Assembly: GCF_009914755.1 (NCBI RefSeq)
Contig: NC_060941.1
Origin: the human T2T-CHM13v2.0 reference genome, Homo sapiens
Reading direction: 5' to 3' (one strand)
DNA: 64,000 bases
Shown one piece after another: positions 1-16,677 of the stretch (positions are counted from its first letter, which is position 1; the number at the start of each line of letters is the position of its first letter). The position numbers and the translations under genes were made by a program. The notes beneath the pieces were generated by a model, which was not told the origin of the DNA, ran no database searches, and saw nothing but the letters and a program-made list of their open reading frames with translations.

Positions 1-626
1 CTGTCCTCTGGCATATTTCATGTAGGCCTTTAGTTAATATTCTGTGTATCTCTGTGATCGATGCCTGATTGAAATGGGATTAATCTGCTCCTCTCCAGTA
101 AGAATTATCATGAACTTAGCCTTATTCATCTTCTATTCTAATACAATCTATGGCCACTGAGATGATGGTAGCTGCAATTAATAAATACATGAAACACCAA
201 TGTGTTTATCTCTCTGCATGCTCTCGTCACGGGTTAGAGTGTGAAGGGCTGGTTTTTAATCCCCACAATTCTCCCAGATTTCATTTCTCTGATGTGAGTT
301 GCTTTTTTATTCTTTCACTCTTTTTGCACAAGAGAATTTTGTTGTGCACATCCGCTCTTCCTCTCTGGGTGCCTGCTAAATGCCAGAGGTGGGGCTGGCT
401 TGGAAGAAGGGGTATACATTGCCCAGTATTTTTCGGTGTCTGCAGTAAGTGGAGTAATTGCATTTTCAGGATACCACCATTCTCCTCTGCCTTCTTATCA
501 TAACCATGATACAGGTAATCTCTTAGAGATTTAACCCTTGTGGAGGGAAGAACAAGGAATAGAAAACTAAAAAATTAACATGTTTCAAGAACCTATCCCA
601 TGCCAGAGCCTGTATCCTTGCAATCA

Positions 627-983
<357 letters not shown>

Positions 984-2329
984 CTAAATCTGATACATAA
1001 ATGAGCTCACCCATAGTTACACAGGTTGGAGAGGTGTAGCTGAGATTTGTACCCAGGGGGACAGCTGGTTCCAAGTACTGTCTTTGCACCAAACTTTGAT
1101 ATCCTATAGGGAGTTGTGAAGGTCTGTTTCCCTCCTTCCGTCCTTTTCTCCCTTCCTTCCTTCTTTCTTTCCTCCCACTTTCCTGGTTTGAGGATCCCAA
1201 ACTGGTTTTGTGGTTTTATTCTGCCCTTATACACTCTGTTCTACTTTTGTACACTCAATTTTTGCCATACAATTTCTAGGTCTTTATATCAAAGTAAGTT
1301 ACTCAGGTACAATTATAATTCCCATTTCATGAAAGGATCTTATTTGACTTTATGACTTACTAAGAAAATCCCAGAAGTATATAAAATCTTTGCAATTTGA
1401 ATGAGCCATCAAAGTTCAAAGAGAAAAAGAGTTGTTGGGTTGCCTCTTGATTCCTTCTTTCATCCTGCCTTCCTGCTTGATGCATCAGTGCACACACACA
1501 CACACACCGAGTTCATTTTTGTGTCATAGAGTTGTAGATTCTGCAGATCCCCTGTTTGAGTTTCTGCCTGCAGCCTCTTCCCTCCAAACAATGCAGTAAG
1601 CACCTTGGAGAGAACTCTCATTTCCTTTATTATAAAACTGCTATAAAGCTGTGATTCATTTGGAGACAAAATGATTTCCTGCTGAGACTTTATGCGAAGT
1701 GATTAGCAGGTACATAGGTAATAAGCTGACCTAATATCCACACCGCGTTTCCTTTTGCTCTTTCTACCATCTCCAGCCACTCTGCAGCCTCCTTTCATTC
1801 TGAGCCGAATTGGGTATCTTCCCTTTTAGCCCGGCTTGAATATGTGGTCACATAGGAGACCATTGGCCACATAAGGTCAGTGGCGATCAAAAGGTAAAGA
1901 AAACAGTCTTTTTCCAAATGACCTTTTGAGATTTTCATCTATGAACATCTGCTTTGTGCTCTCCCTTAATGAATTCCCAAGGTTCTTCTTTTAAGATGGG
2001 CAGCGTGGCCTCTCCTTTGAGAAGGGGGTTGCTGTTTGCAAGTCTTGCTATTACCCCTGGTTTTGATTCTTCATCTCAGGGGCCAGAGCACATATTGAAT
2101 CCTCCCCACATCCCTGCCACCTGCCACCACCATTAAGTGCTGCACGGTTTTTTCATAAGAATAGAACCTGATCAGTCCAGTAAGCGGCCTGGTACCCCAG
2201 TGTTCCTTGTTCTGTCTTGAAAGAAGCACCCAAATGTCCCCTCTGTACCCCATTACACATATAATATCCATTAACCCGATCTAATGACATCAGAGTGATC
2301 ATGGTTAATTATAGTGGCTGCCTTTTAGT

Positions 2330-2500
2330 GAAGTCCTACAGGGAACCTTCCATAAACTTGGTAACTTCACAGCAACTTAAGTGTTATTGTTCCCATCTAC
2401 AGGTTAGGAAAGTGAGGCTTAGAAAAGTTAGGTGTCTTGCTTTAAGCCACATAGCTAGTAAATGATGGAACCAGAGTTGCGTAAACTCAGGGTTTTTTGT
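2330..2500 (+). mobile_element. MIR fragment (approximate bounds)
   Basis: Core resembles MIR: cccatctacaggttaggaaagtgaggcttagaaaagttagg...ccacatagctagtaaatg. Confidence 0.6.
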
Positions 2501-5495
2501 TTGTTTGTTCTGGCCCTAGATCCTAGGCTCTTTCCACAATGCCATATGTTGTGTCTCTGAAGTGGATATTTCAGCCGGTGTATAACATGATGAATTTCGT
2601 GTTTAGTACTGTGATGAATAAAAATAGATATTTAAAAAATATCATTTAAACTTCTTATTGATTTAAATTGCCTTTTATCTGTTTTGTGAGAACTTTTAAA
2701 TAAACAATGAAAAGAACTTACATTTACATAATTTAAGAATCGAATTATTTTGATTCTTAAATCAAAGATTTAAGGCTAATCAAAGATATAGCCATGGTCA
2801 ATGCCATAAGTCTGGTGTCTATAGTTGTAAGACAATTTCCTAGCTGCTTCAGAAATCTTTTCTGCTATGCCTCCAACATCAAACTTATTAAAACCCCTTC
2901 AGCGATGGAGAGCTCCCTCCCTCTCTTTGTAGCCCATTCTACAGCATTAGATGGTTTTTTATTAAGTGAAACCACAGGAAATGGCCATTTTTTAGGTCGA
3001 AATGATCCCGTATCAGCAATGTAATAAGTTCAACCTGTATGGTGAGGTCACATCTACTTCTTTGTCCCATTCACTCATTTGCCTTCATTCTGCCTTCACT
3101 GTAGCACCAGGGAAGGTTCCCCCTTGCACTTGACCAGGGTCCTATGGACATTGAAATGTCCTTCCTTATAATTCTCTTCTCTTGTCTATTTTTTTTCACC
3201 AACTGCTCTTCAGATGTCAGGGTTCCTAGCTCCTCTATCACCTTGCTGCTTTTTTTTCTGGAAGTATTATAGGCAAGTCAAAGAACAAACAGCATACATT
3301 CTTTCACTCAACAAATGTGTTCAGGGTCAGGGACTCTTCCAGGCACTGGAAATACCGAGATACCTTTGGGGCATTTACAACTTACTGGACAGAAAATAAG
3401 CAAATAGTATAATATAATGCCAAATAATATAATTCCAGAGTGTGATAAGCGCTCTGAATAAGCAGAAGAAGGGAATACAGAGTCTGGGGGAAAGCTGGAT
3501 GGGTGGATCTCTTTCCACAGAAGGGTGAGGAAAGGCCTAAGACCTTGAGTTGAGCCCCAGATAAATCTGTTGTCCACCATGTGTGTGTTGTTACATAAAA
3601 CAATGTAAGTATCTATCTTTTTAAGTGACCAGACTTTCTCCAAAAGTAGAATAGTTAAATAAATATTTCGCTAATATCTAGGATAAATTGAAGATCAAAC
3701 ACCTTCCTGTCACCTCCCTAGACCATGCTTTAAGTATTCTTGAGAAATAAAATAGTCTAACAAAATTATCATCTGGGTTTCTGATGTAATCAAACATATC
3801 ACAATGCATCTACCTTTTAAAATGGTACGAAGTATTTCCTAGAAATTGAAATTGACATCCACAGAATTATGACGAATGAGTACCAAGGTTGCATTTCACA
3901 GCACAAGTATGACTGTCCCTATAAAACAGATTACAACTAAGCACTTTACGAGAGACTTGAATTACTACTGAAGTCAATTTCATTTCCATAAAATTCATTT
4001 CGGTTTTCTTCCCAGTATATCAAGTTGAATCTATTTTTGAAGAAAGACTGCCACTTTTCCCACCATTAGTGGCAAAAGTCCCTCCCTGGTTTTGGCATCT
4101 GTCTTCCCTGCCTTGGCTGGTGTCTTCCCTCTTCTCTCCCCTCCCACTTCAGCTGCTTCCCACTAGCCATGCCCAAACATACATAGCTGAGCAAAAACAG
4201 GCTTGTTAGATGGCTGCCCAAATCTGCGTGGGTACCCTCCTTGCCAAGCAGGGAAAGTCAGCCATTGTCCCCACTTCCCAGCGCCTCTGTCACTGCTGCT
4301 GGAGTTGGTGTGTCCCAGCAGGAAAAAGGAGCCAGGCAGCCTGTGCCAGCCTGATGGGTCACCCATAGCAGCAGCCATGGGCAGTGAGATTTCCTGCAGT
4401 GGTACCAGGACCTGCTGGATTTTACAGCATCGGTGTCATGGTGCACCCCTTAAACCTCCAGAGCAGAGGATCCCTCCCACAGTCCACACCAAATGTTGGC
4501 CAAAATGACACAAAGGGAACTTTTACTGTCATCTTTCCTGCCTAAGGAATGTGCACACAAATTGGAAGTCATGACAAGAAACATATCTTGGTTTGGAGGT
4601 TTTGTGATTTTTAGATACTCACAAGAGATAAATTCAATCTGTCCTGCTAGACGTGCTCAGGAGGAAGCTCCAATCCTATCGGAGGTGAGGCAGCTTCCGT
4701 GGACTCAGGAGGGGATCCTCCCCAAGGCTTCTGGGTTGCGCCGTCCACCTGTCATTGGATCTCAAGCACACCTGGGACACTGCCACATTAATAACAGCGA
4801 TGATACTGTGTGTGCAGGCCTGGCCTAAATCCCAGGCTTGAGTTAACTGACTTAGCACTCAGCATCATGCTACAAGGTGTTATTATTATTCTGCAGCAGA
4901 TGAAGAAGTGCAGCACAGAGCTGGTAAATAACTACTCACCGCCACCTGGCTGGCGGCAGGGTGTAACATCCTATGCACGCCCAGCGAGGGCAACCTGCAG
5001 GAGATGTGTTTGCTTGGCAGACAAGTTGCAAAGAAGGCCGGTGTCACCCTCTGGGCATGTCTTCAGGACGATTTTGCAGCTCTGTTTTTCCGTCAACATC
5101 CCTTAGGATTGCTGTCATTCTAGAACTGGATAACATGATCCATTTGAAATGAGCTATTTTAGAGAAATCAGCGATAAAGCTACCAATTATATAAATAGTT
5201 TTATTATTGTTACATTTTATTATTTGTTAAAGACCACAAAGACATAGAGAGGTGGAAGCATACATTTCACTTATTTATGTATGTATATATTTATTTTGGT
5301 TTAAGTGAATTTTATTTGACCATACTTTCTCTTTGCTTTGTTATTGAGTTTAACCAAGAGTTATTTTTACCAGCCCGATCTAATAATAAGGTTATGAAAC
5401 TAATCAGGCTTCACAATTTCCTAAGCAACCACCGCCCCCATGGTTTCCAACTTTTCTCATTCACTGTTGTTATGATCATGATGATGATTTTAACT

Positions 5496-5791
5496 CTTTT
5501 TTTTTTTACTTCTTTTTTTTTTATACTTTAAGTTTTAGGGTACGTGTGCACAACGTGCAGGTTTGTTACATATGTATACATGTGCCATGTTGGTGTCCTG
5601 CACCCATTAACTTGTCATTTAGCATTAGGTATATCTCCTAATGCTATCCCTCCCCCATCCCCCCACCCCACAACAGTCCCCAGAGTGTGATGTTCCCCTT
5701 CCTGCGTCCATGTGTTCTCACTGTTCAATTCCCACCTATGAGTGAGAACATGCGGTGTTTGGTTTTTTGTCCTTGCGATAGTTTGCTGAGA
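5496..5791 (-). mobile_element. 5'-truncated young L1PA (L1PA2-4-like) 3' end, about 300 bp
   Basis: Poly-T then ttatactttaagttttagggtac...gtttgctgagaatgat; TSD atgattttaact at 5484-5495 and 5792-5803. Confidence 0.9.
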
Positions 5792-5825
5792 ATGATTTTA
5801 ACTTTTTTGTGAATTGTCCCCATAG

Positions 5826-5993
5826 GGTCTTCTGAAGACGGCCCTGGATTTCCACAAACTGGGAAAGGTGGAGTTCAGCGGCGTCAGAGGGAATGCTCTG
5901 AGTCAGCAGGTCCAGCAAATGCATGAGGAATTTCAAGAGATGTACAGGCTTCTCTCAGGATCCTCCTCCGACTGCCTGTACCTCCAAAGCACG
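5826..5993 (+). CDS. DNAH9: DNAH9 coding exon (probably exon 7), 168 nt, phase 0-0, GLLKTALDFHKLGKVEF...CLYLQST
   Basis: cccatag|GGT acceptor and ACG|gtaggg donor. Peptide matches the dynein heavy chain N-terminal tail and is in frame with the next exon. Exon number is recalled, not verified. Confidence 0.93.
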
Positions 5994-6536
5994 GTAGGGT
6001 TGGGAAGGGCTGAATCGCCAGCTCTGCCTCTGTCCCGGATGCCTCTCATCTGTAGGGTCTAGGTATTTACTTGCATTTTCCCTGTGTATTTCCTTTGGCT
6101 CTGTGGTCCCAGTGGTTTTGCTAATTATCCTTTGTGTTAGGAGAAATTATTATTCCTTGTGCCAAGAGAAAGATTCTAATTATTCTTTGTGTTGGGAGAA
6201 AGATCAAGGAGGCCTCTTCCAACTGTTAACTGCTCCAGACTAATGACACCAGGGTTTCAGAGATGCTGAGGTGGGTATGACATGACAGTGGAGGCGGTGG
6301 CCACCCTGTGGCTTCAAACGTTTTAAGCTCAGTGAAAGAAGCTAGACCCAGAAAGACAAATGTTGCATGGTCTCAACTATATGGGGCATCTGAAATAGTC
6401 AAAGTCATAGAAGCAGAGTGGAATGGTGGCTGCCAGGGGTGGGGGAGAGGGAAATGGGGAGGTGGTGGTCAAAGAGTATAAAGTTTCAGTTATGCATGAT
6501 AAATAATTTCTGGAGCTCTAACGTACAACATGGTGA

Positions 6537-7141
<605 letters not shown>

Positions 7142-7851
7142 ACTGTATTGCATACTTGAAATTCGCCAAAAGGGTAGATCCTAAGTGTTCTCACCACGCA
7201 CACAAAAAGCAAATGGTAACTGTGTGAGGTGATGAATATGTTAATTAGCTTGATTGTGGTGATCATTTCACAGTGTATACATGTATCAAAATATCAAGTT
7301 GTATATCTTATATGTATACAATTTTTATTTGTCAATTATAACTTAATAAAACTGAGGGGGAAAAATGTTTTAAGCTTCGGGCAAAAACTGCTAAGGGAAG
7401 AACAGGCACACCTGGACAGAATTTTATTAGTGACTTGGGGAGGTATAAGTGAAGCCACAGCCTGGGTTTTCTGATCTGAACCTGGTTCCTAACAGAACAC
7501 ATAGGATAAGGAAAGGACCAGAGAAGCATTTTCCAGGACAGGAACAAAGAGCCCGCATCTCACCTGTAGCCCCAGGAAAGCCTCAACCTGTAAGTCCACA
7601 TGCATGGGAGAAAAAAAGAAGAAAAAGGGCCAGTATGAAAACAGAGAATGGAAATCCCAGAAAAAGGAATGGCAGAATTACTGGAGAAGGAATTTTAAGA
7701 GTGTGTGCGGGAAAAGGAGAAAGAAATTAGGGCAGGAATCTGCTCTGAGCACCTTCAGACATCCAGGGGAATCTTAGTTGGCCAGACCCAGGAAGATTCT
7801 ACCTTCTAAGAATTCTATTAGTCAAAAGTAGACCCAAAAAAGGTGGACCGT

Positions 7852-8064
7852 AGACTATCCTGGCCAACACAGTGAAACCCCGTCTCAATTAAAAATACAA
7901 AAAAATAGCTGGGCGTGGTGGTGCACACCTGTAATCTCAGTTACTTGGGAGGCTGAGGCAGGAGGCTTGAACCCGGGAGGCAGAGGTTGCAGTGAGCCAA
8001 GATTGTGCCACTGCACTCCAGCCTGGGTGACAGAGTGAGACTCTGTCTCAAAAAAAAAAAAAAA
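7852..8064 (+). mobile_element. 5'-truncated Alu
   Basis: Starts mid left arm (agactatcctggccaac), then right arm and poly-A. Confidence 0.88.
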
Positions 8065-8351
8065 GCAGACCACAAAGCAGGCTATATACAATGTATTTGC
8101 TACCCTACAATACAGTAAAACAAAGCATAATCCCAGGGATTTTGCCCAGAGAAAAAACTAAAAACTAAGAAGAAACATGCCAAAATGTCATCATGTTTGG
8201 GAAGTAGAACTAGACTATTTTTTCATACCCTTTTTTTTTCACACACACATGCGTTACTGTTACAAAGCAATAATAACAAATAATTCCACAAATTAGAGAT
8301 TGGCGTGACCAATGTTTCTCTGAAAATTGCTACGTGCTAAGAGAAATACAT

Positions 8352-8471
8352 TAGGGTTGCCAGATAAACTACACTAATTTGGACATACTAAAAAAAAAAA
8401 ATTCTTGTTTACCTGAAATTCCAATTTAACTGAGTGCCTCGTAGTTTTATTTGCTAAATTTGGCAATCTTA
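8352..8471. mobile_element. hAT MITE (MER53-like)
   Basis: Terminal inverted repeats tagggttgccagat ... atttggcaatctta. Confidence 0.65.
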
Positions 8472-8997
8472 AGAACAAGGCTAGTTGCTGTCTTAACCAA
8501 TTAAGAAGGATTTAGAAGAAATTGTTTGTATTAGTTTAATTAGCTTTCTTTCCTCCTAATGGCTAGATTAGTTTGCTGACAATGGAAAAACAGAATTCTG
8601 ACTTGGGGAAGGAACGAAAGTGGGTGGTAAAGTTGAAATAGCCCCATTGCTGGGGCTGTTGATGCTGCGGTGGTTTTCAGGGTTATGTGAGCTGGTGTTA
8701 TGAGTGAGAGAGAAGGGGCTTCAGGAAGCAGAACGGAGGAGCATGGAAAGGGTGGAAGAACACCAAACTCACATCTAATTCATTTCACCATCTTGCTGGA
8801 ACCCTCTAGGTAAAAATGCTGCAACCACAGGGTAACTCTACATGGCTAAAAATTAAGTCATGCCATGGTGAATTTCAGAAAATTAAAATAATTCTTTGGT
8901 ATAACCAGTTCAAACACAAAAGTTAGCTGTGAGGAGCATAGTGGGGTTGGCTTACAGAAAATTACGTTTTCCTTATATATATATGGTGTCTCTTCAG

Positions 8998-9114
8998 GAC
9001 TTTGAAAATGACGTCTCTGAATTTAACCAGAAAGTAGAAGATCTTGACCGAAGATTGGGGACTATCTTTATTCAAGCTTTTGATGATGCACCTGGCTTGG
9101 AGCATGCCTTTAAG
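8998..9114 (+). CDS. DNAH9: DNAH9 coding exon (probably exon 8), 117 nt, DFENDVSEFNQKVEDLDRRLGTIFIQAFDDAPGLEHAFK
   Basis: tcttcag|GAC acceptor and AAG|gtttgt donor; LDRRLG..QAFDD is typical of the DHC_N1 region of axonemal dyneins. Confidence 0.95.
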
Positions 9115-11521
9115 GTTTGTGTAAATGGGGCAGGAGCCACTCAGTCCTGGATACTCCCCCGGCCCTCATCAGAGGATGATATGGATACCTTTCCACCTGT
9201 TCTGTTCCTGCAACTATTAATTATTCTTATTAATCTAGTAGAGAAGGATATGGGAATCCTTCTTATATCAAGAAAGTGTGCAGAATTGGGATTCTCAGGC
9301 TAATTACTTATGCTTTCCTGAAAATGTGACAATGTAAAAATACTTTTAAGAAGAATTTCTGCGGTGATCTCTTTAGGTGCCATACCTTTAGCAGTAGGGA
9401 AAGCGTGACCATGCAATACCATGGCTATTTAACCATGGCTGCTAGGTTGATTCAATCTGGAGCAAACCACCTCCCAGGTAATGATTGATAGGTTTCAGGC
9501 ATCGATAACTGGAATAAGAAGATTTGTGCTCTTATCATATCACGCTCAGATCAGGTAGTACAAAGTGTATGGAGGAGAAGGTTTAGGACAAGGCGTAGAT
9601 GATGCATAGGTAAATGGCTGCACAGCTGAGAACGCTGCATCGTGAGACATGAAGACTCAGTGGAGCATGATATGTGTTCCACCAAGCAATCAAGAGGCTT
9701 ATTCTGTAAAGCTTTAAGGGTTCCAGTAGTTGGTAGAAGTTACAAGAAGTCACATTGTGGTTCAGTAGAGGAAAGAGATTTCTGTCAAAGCTGATTAAGA
9801 TGGAATGGACTTCTTTAGCAAGTAGTTCAGTTTCTGGGCACTGAAAATGTTCAGACACAGGATCTGTGATGGGTGGGACAATTGTAGAAGAGGCTTAAAC
9901 CCTGGATGGATGGATCTGTGCTATTCTAGAGTATTTGGTAACCCAAATGCGGCAGGCTCCATTAGCCATTGACCATACATATACATGTAGCCTTTAATCA
10001 ATACCGTAATTCACATTGGAAGCCTTTTGAGATTCCCCTCTCCAAGCATTTGAACCAATTCCAAAGAAAGGGCTTGCATGTGTCTACAAAATGATCATGT
10101 ATGCTATTAACTGTCAGGGATGATTGAAACTCTGCTGCTCAGGCAACTTGTGGGGCTGAAACTCCATTCGTGCACTAAGGATGCCCAGACCTACACATCA
10201 CATAGATCCCTCTCTACCAGAGATGTTCAGGAGTCTTCAAGGGATGCCTCACAAGTATTCTCAAGCCACTTTGAAGTCTTTGAAATCACGACATCTGCTA
10301 CATGTCTACAGACCCCCTTTAAATTTTATCTGCCAAGAAAAGTGCTTGAAGGAGTCTTGCCATTGCTTTTCTTCTGATGGTCCCCACCATGAAAACATGT
10401 CTGTGTGTGCCAAGGGCATGCCTCTTTGGGTTCCAGAATTCCAATCCTTGAAATTTTATGGGTTCTGGACAGAAGTAGAGGGAGACCTTCCCTCTACTGA
10501 AGCAGCACTGCTTGTACCCAGAGTTTCAGAGGGCTCATAAAAGCAGATTATTTATCTTCTGACCTTGACTCTTCTTCTCAGCTGAGCTTCCAGCCCAGGC
10601 CTTGGGAACTAGTAGGAAAACCATAACCCTCCGATCCCTTCTGCCTACTTTGTTTCTCTCTTTTTGGTGATCTCACCAACAAGAAACTAAAACCCTTCCT
10701 TCATCCCCAAGCAAAAGCAAAATCTCCAATTGACATAAGCTCATGCAGAGAAGAACATTTTCAAGGCTGGGGAGTAGGGACCAGAGAGAGTACCTGACTC
10801 TAGATCCCCTGTTGCTGCTGTAAGATCATCCAACTACTAGGTGGCCCCTCAGTGGACATGAATCCATGAGTACATCCAGGCCAAGGACTGTGAACAGACG
10901 GTGCAGGTTGGCCATGGTGGTCCCTCTGTGCACACACCTGTACTTCCTCAACAGAAGATGGGAGCCACAGAACTCGGAAAAGTCTGCTCTCTTATGCTTC
11001 CATTGAGGCAGAGCTACTTTTTACTGTCTCCAGAGATCTGGGTGATTGTTTTGTGAAAGAAAGTGTGACCCTAGATCCTCCCCAATGGAAGGCTTTTTAG
11101 CACCTTTACAGAGTCCTTAGAGTGCCTTGGAATCATTAAGGAAATCCAGTCAAACTGTCAGACCTGGAAAACATCTGGCCAAGGACCCCATATTTGGCTT
11201 TTCTCCATACCTGGTCATTCTGCATAACATGGCCTGGACGCCTCAGACTTCTAGGAGCCATCTAAGATTGTGAGCTGATGCCAATCAGCTCCTAGAGCTT
11301 GCACTCCCTCCAGGATTGGGATGCCAGTGAAGCAAAAAAATGGCCCAACCTGAAATAAGGAGGTAGGATAAAGAGCATAAGGTCTTAGACAAATGCAGAC
11401 TGTTCAGCTTCCAGTTTTAGGACATGTGGATGTAATTTTATATCGTGTTTCTCATGTTCGTTGACTTAAAGCAAGGGTTCCACATTTTTTTCTACAAAAG
11501 GTCAGAGAATAAATATTTTAG

Positions 11522-11908
<387 letters not shown>

Positions 11909-12386
11909 TAATTCTCTTTTGAAATGCAAAAACCATGCACTGAGCAGTTTTGGGCAGATTTGGCTGCCCACTGCTGTACTTCGTCACCCTCTGACTTCAA
12001 GTGCTAGGTGGAGATGAGAGGTTATCATGGAAGGCACGTTTAGAAGCAGTGTATTGGTATATCCTAAATATAACTGGAGTCCTACATGGCCTCATCTCAG
12101 AAAAGCATCACAATGGAAGAAACACAGTCTAGGAGCCAGAAAGTAATTAAAAGCATTTCACATCTTGATTTTGCTGCTCCATGAAACACTGAGGGGTTAG
12201 GGCAGTCTGAATGCACAGGAACACATCTTCAGAGAAAGGTCAGCATCACTGCCATTCTCACGGCACCTGCTCTCAGAAACTATTTCCTTGTTCCCATTCT
12301 CAAATTTTTGCCCTTCAAATTCTCCCCAACATCCAGCCAACTTAGCTTCTTTTTCTTTTCCATCATTACCTTCTTTCTGTTCTAGG

Positions 12387-12711
12387 TTTTGTTTTTTTTG
12401 TTTGTTTGTTTGGTTGGTTTTTTTTTGACAGAGTCTCACTCTGTCGCCCAGGCTGGAGTGCAATGGCACGATCTTGGCATCTTGGCTCACTGCAAACTCC
12501 GCCTCCCAGATTCAGGCAATTCCCTGCCTCAGCCTCCTGAGTAGCTGGGATTACAGGCACCCGCCACCACACCCAGCTAATTTTTGTATTTTTAGTAGAG
12601 ACGGGGTTTCACCAACTTGGCCAGGCTGGTCTTGAACCCCTGACCTCGTGATCCACCCACCTGGGCCTCCCAAAGTGCTGAAATTACAGGCATGAGCCAC
12701 CGCGCCTGGCC
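12387..12711 (-). mobile_element. Alu (AluS)
   Basis: Antisense full-length Alu; TSD-like ctgttctagg / ctgttccagg. Confidence 0.92.
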
Positions 12712-13041
12712 TGTTCCAGGTCTTAATTATGTAGTTCAGCTTAACCTTGCTGGGATCTTTAGTTATCCCTTTGTTTATTGGTTTATCCAGATTCTTATGC
12801 CAAGTAGAGCTGGGGGTGAGTAACTCGGCAGACAGGAATTTTCTGTTAGAAGCAAAGGAGAAGAGAAAGACTATGAATATCATCCACATATGAATAATTA
12901 CAGGTCCAGCTCCACAATAACACTGTTCACTCTTCTTACATTGGTAGGCATATAAAGGAAAACCAGAACACTGGATTTGTATAACCATGGAAAGGTTTAA
13001 TCTGTGATTTTTTTCCTCTTTTTCCTCCACCTTCCCTACAG

Positions 13042-13192
13042 CTGCTAGACATAGCAGGAAACCTCCTTGAAAGACCGCTGGTAGCGAGGGATACATCTGA
13101 TAAATACCTGGTCCTCATCCAAATGTTCAACAAAGATCTGGATGCAGTGAGGATGATCTACAGTCAGCACGTCCAGGAGGAAGCAGAACTTG
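13042..13192 (+). CDS. DNAH9: DNAH9 coding exon (probably exon 9), 151 nt, [17 protein letters not shown]...EEAEL
   Basis: Polypyrimidine tract with ctacag|CTG acceptor and TTG|gtaggc donor; LLERP motif; phase 0-1. Confidence 0.94.
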
Positions 13193-13859
13193 GTAGGCTT
13201 GTTAAAGGGGATTTTGATGGGGACATTCTGTTACTGGAAAGAAGCAACTCATTCCTCTTGTATTTGTTAAATGTCCATGTATGGATCCATACATTCTCAA
13301 AAAAGAGCAAGCACAACCTTCTTGCTTGAAATTCCAGACCACCTTGGGTGACTGGGGAGCTCTCTGAACTACGGCTTTCCCTGTTTCTGGGGCTGAGATT
13401 GGCAGGCTGACCCAGCGTGGTACAGTCTTCACTGCTTCTGTTCAGCTGAGACCTTGGCATTATGGATGAGTTGACCCTTGATCAGTGTTGCTACACTGAC
13501 TAATCTTCAACACGCCTCCATTCGAAAATAAATGTTTACACGCCTGAGAAAAGTTTCTTATGCCTTCCAATGCCATAGCAACCATGCTTCTGGTGGGAGG
13601 AACCAGCAGGAGCCCTCCAAAGGGCAGTACCATGCCAAGGCGTGATGTCTCCATTTTTATTATGATGCTGCGTGTCAAAACAAATGCATTTCAGTTTTAC
13701 GTACATTTATTGAGTCCTTACTACATGCCAAGCATGCCTGTGGGTCCTGTATACTGTGGCAAGTCAAGGTAAGGGATAAAATAAATAATGAATACAAAAG
13801 GCTGGTTCTTTATAGAATGTTGAGTGCTGCTCGGCTTGAGTTGTAAAGAATGGTAACAA

Positions 13860-14030
13860 GCTGGAAGCGATGGTGCGAACCCCTAGTCCTAGTATCTCAG
13901 GAGGCTGAGGTGGGAGGATCGCTTGAGTTCAGGAGTTCGAGGCTGCAGGAGCTATGACCCTGCCACTGCACCCCAGCCTGGGTGACAGAGCCAGACCCTG
14001 TCTCTAAAAATAAAATAAATAAGAAAGAAA
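13860..14030 (+). mobile_element. Alu right monomer (FRAM/AluJ)
   Basis: caggaggctgaggtgggaggatcgcttgagttcaggagttcgaggctgcag plus A-rich tail. Confidence 0.85.
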
Positions 14031-14559
14031 TAAAATACATTCCTATAGTCAGTCGCACAGCGCTTTGCACATAGTGGGTGCTCAATAAGTCGTTATTGGA
14101 CTGAATGGCCTCTGACATCTGAAAAATGATGCCATTTGGATGAAATAAATTATGAACTTCTTATTATGAAAAGAAAATAAAGAAGAAGAGACTGTAACTC
14201 TTCCTTCCTCCCCAAGCAAAGATGCATTGTGGATGGGAGATTCGAGGGCAGGCTTAACAAGACAAGATGCATCGTGAGTGGGAGATTCGAGGGCAGGCTT
14301 ATGGAAAAGGTAGTCTTGAGCTGAGCCCTAAAAGTTGGGAGATCAACAGTAAAGCAGAGGAGACAAAGGCCTTCAAAGCAGATATGAGAGGATATGGAAT
14401 GTGATCAGCTGGGTCTGCCTGTAGCCAAACAAGGTGTGCAGAAGACATTCATTCGGCCATGGCATTTGAGGTCAGCTTGGGAAGTGCTCAGTGTGCCGCC
14501 TTAGGGAATTTGGAATTCATGATCAAGGGTAGGGGAAATTATCAAAGGCTTTTAAGTAG

Positions 14560-15635
<1,076 letters not shown>

Positions 15636-16135
15636 GGAGGACAAGCAGGAAATGAAAATCATGGATCTGGACTGAGCATGGTGACACTAGGGAAGGGTGG
15701 TACCCGCGGTGAAATAAAGGAAGTAGCCACTTCTCTAGTTGCTAGTTAGAAATGCCAGCTGATTCTTGCTAATCTTCTCATTTTACCAGAGAAGCTGGGA
15801 AGTGAGATTCTTTAAAAAGCGAAACCTCACATTTGTTAAATCTTGACAACCAAATATAAGCAGACAAACCCATTGCTTGGGCTAACATAAGCATATCTAG
15901 TCTGTGCTGACTCGAGTCCAGGGCTCCATAATCCACATGACCTGCCTCATTCATCATCTTATGGAATTCTCACAGAAACTCTGGAAGTTAATTAAGCAGG
16001 GAAGATATTATTCCCATTTTATAGATGTGAAAATTGAGACCCAGGGTGATTGAGTTGTCTGTTTAAGGGAGTGTTTCAACCCTGACTGTTCAATTAGAGT
16101 CATCTTGAGAGCGTTTTAAAAAAACACTCAATTGT

Positions 16136-16407
<272 letters not shown>

Positions 16408-16677
16408 TGAAACACTCATGGCTGGGCCCCTCCCAGAGCAATGAAATCAGAATAGCTTGGGCATGGGACCCAGGTCCCCTGAGGCTGGGAGTGTTCGTCT
16501 CAGGGTTACTCTTTCTTCCTCTTTAACAGAACCCCCCAGGAACTCCATTGTGCTCCCAGGTGACTTTAGTCTGGAGATAATGAGGCAAAAGTGGAGTACT
16601 TGGTGGGAGGCGTTTGCCGAGCGGAGAGGACTGAGGTGCTCTAGACTCATTTCGGTCTGTCTGTGCCATGTCTCCAG

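Noticed and set aside
12551-13096. 181-aa minus ORF and the many Alu-like ORFs ([23 protein letters not shown])
   Set aside because: Translations of Alu or L1 sequence, not genes
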